From: Malacoraja senta | Lineage: Eukaryota | Direction: 5' to 3' | Assembly (NCBI GenBank): GCA_038087875.1 | Contig: CM075992.1 | Coordinates: 5,520,001-5,584,000 of the forward strand | Length of the DNA: 64,000 bases | Shown here: positions 62,160-64,000 of the stretch, piece after piece | How positions within the stretch are numbered: position 1 is the first letter of the stretch | Layout of the letters: each line of letters opens with the position of its first letter | The notes under the pieces: model-generated | The model's input: only the letters and a program-made list of their open reading frames with translations | Database searches by the model: none | What the model was told of the DNA's origin: nothing | Made by a program: the position numbers and the translations under genes

Positions 62160-62945
62160 CGGTGGTTTTGCAGATAGTGAAGATGGTTGTGAAAAATTGC
62201 AGCAGGATCTTAATCGATTGGCCAGGCAGGCTGAGGAATAGTTGATGGAATTTAATATAGAGAAATGCGAGGTGTTGCATGTTAGGAAGTCTAACATGGG
62301 CAGGGCCTACACAATGAATGGTAAGGCTCCGGGGAGTGTTGTAGAGCAGAGGGATCTAGGAGTGCAGGTGCATGGTTCCTTGAAGGTGGAGTCGCAGGTA
62401 GATCGGGTGGTCAAAAAGGCTTTTGGCACATTGGCCTTCGTCAGGGAGAATATTGAGTAGAGAGTTTGGGAGGTCATGTTGCAGTTGTATAAGACGTTGG
62501 CGAGGCCGCATTTAGAGTATTGTATTCAGTTCTGGGCACCATGCTATAGGGAAGATGTTGTTAAGCTACAGGTACAGAGAAGATTTATGAGGATGTGGCC
62601 AGGACTTGAGGGTCTGAACTATAGGGAGAGGTTGAGAAGGCTGGGACTATTCCTTGGAGCACAAGAGGATGAGAGGTGATCTTATAGAGGTGTATAAAAA
62701 CATGAGAGAACTAGATCGGGTAGACGCACAGAGTCTCTTGCCCAGTGTAGGTGAATCGAGGACCAGAGGACATAGGTTTAAGTTCAAGGGGAAAAGATTT
62801 AATAGGAATCTGAAGGGTAACCTTTTCCACACAAAGGGTGGTGGGTAGATGGAACAAAGTGCCAGAGGTGGGGTTATCCCAACATTTAAGAAACAGTTGG
62901 ACAGGTACATGGATAGGACAGATTTGGAGAGATGTGGACCAAGTG
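62160..62945 (+). mobile_element. CR1-clade LINE fragment in DR1 intron 1
   Basis: FADSED, MEFNIEKCEVLH, DLGVQVH, RPHLEYCIQFWAP and RMRGDLIEVYK motifs across frameshifts. Confidence 0.9.
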
Positions 62946-63024
62946 CAGGTGGGCCGAAGCGCCTATTTCCACGCTGTATCTCTAAAATAAACTAAAAAGT
63001 AATCTGCAGAGGTGAATAACGTAC

Positions 63025-63247
63025 CTTGTATGGTGTGCTGTGGTGAGATGGTCTTTTTATCAGACTTGTTGCAGATTTCATTTGCTTCTGAGGATAGTAA
63101 ATGAATAAACTCAGTGCAGCAGTTCACCACCATCTCCCTGGCGTCATTCGCGACCCTGATGTTGGGTAGGATCTCTTTGATAATCTTGTTGATGGCAGCT
63201 CTTGGAATAGTTAAGTCTTCGTCATTGTTGCCGGAAGACGAGGCCAT
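63025..63247 (-). CDS. DR1: DR1/NC2-beta-like, first coding exon (histone-fold: MASSSGNNDEDLTIPRAAINKIIKEILPNIRVANDAREMVVNCCTEFIHLLSSEANEICNKSDKKTISPQHTIQ)
   Basis: Translation is co-linear with the vertebrate DR1 N-terminus and ends in a phase-1 donor G|GTACGT. An in-frame upstream ATG (63262, MKKRS-) directly follows a CACAG acceptor-like site. Confidence 0.95.
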
Positions 63248-64000
63248 ACTCCTTTTTTTCATCTGTGGTTCTTTGAGGTTTGTTTTCAAAGGGCTATCCC
63301 AATTCAGATATGGATCTGCCAAGTCACACGAATACACAAGCCTGCGTAAATCTGATCCACAACACTGTTTGATCCAATAAGATCCAACAGCAAAACATAG
63401 CTGAGCACAAGGAACAGAGGATTAAAATATGCTCCCGATAACCTGAAAAGCAAACCAAAAGACTTTTCAATATGAAAGCTTGCACAATTGCACAATTAAT
63501 TGATCAATAATATTCACAGACAATAGTGTGAATAAAGCAAACAGACCTAGAGAAACTCAGTGGCTTCAGCTGCAGTGGGTAACCCTGTGTTTAAGATAGG
63601 TTTGATTCAGCTGAACCTACGTAGAGTTTCACAACAGCTTGTGGGAGAGAGAAGTCAGGTAGAGCAGAGAGGCAAAGAAAGGTAACAGCGGGGAATAGGG
63701 TTGAGTGGACATTGGGGAGATATGTAGAAGAAAGTATGGGAAAGGGGGGGGGAAAGGAAGAGTATTTTTAGGAAGGGGGATGTTTCTAGAAGGCGGAGGA
63801 GTGTTTCCAGGGAGGGAGGGATGTTTGGAGGGAAAGAGGAATGTTTGCGGGAGAAGGTGGAAAGTGTTGGGGAAAGAGTGAAGGGACACGTTTGGAGAGG
63901 AAGGATGAAATGGGAAAGTATAGAGTGTCATGGATGGGGGGGGGGTGTTGGTTGAAGAGCGGATGGACAGGGAGTGTTTGGGGCGGTGCAGCTATGAGGG

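Overview
Eukaryotic, repeat-dense genomic DNA from a cartilaginous fish, probably a skate or ray (inferred from HE1/V-SINE-like, SacSINE/DeuSINE-like, CR1, Penelope and Rex1 repeats). There is one 200-N scaffold gap at 9539-9738. Two spliced protein-coding genes lie on the minus strand. (1) A complete three-coding-exon DR1/NC2-beta gene (63247-57721, 174 aa), unusually divergent from human DR1 and with ERRK in place of the KRRK nuclear-localisation motif. (2) An F-BAR/HR1/SH3 gene of the CIP4 family whose diagnostic residues match TRIP10 rather than FNBP1L or FNBP1. Its exon 1 is at 40252-40229 and its last four exons at 6998-2707. I could not find the F-BAR exons, which are probably in the gap, and the 3' exons carry stops and frameshifts. 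In human, DR1 sits beside FNBP1L, so DR1 beside TRIP10 suggests a retained whole-genome-duplication paralogue of DR1. Notable mobile-DNA signals: many minimal hammerhead-ribozyme motifs in Penelope-derived hairpins; an L1 flanked by a ~770-bp duplication ending at a TTT/AA site; a U2 snRNA (nt 13-37) fragment between two Tx1/Keno-like 3' ends; a 34-bp palindromic mini-transposon with an 8-bp TSD; and a Tx1 insertion whose TSD duplicates a splice donor. All comparisons with human proteins and repeat families are from memory, not database searches.
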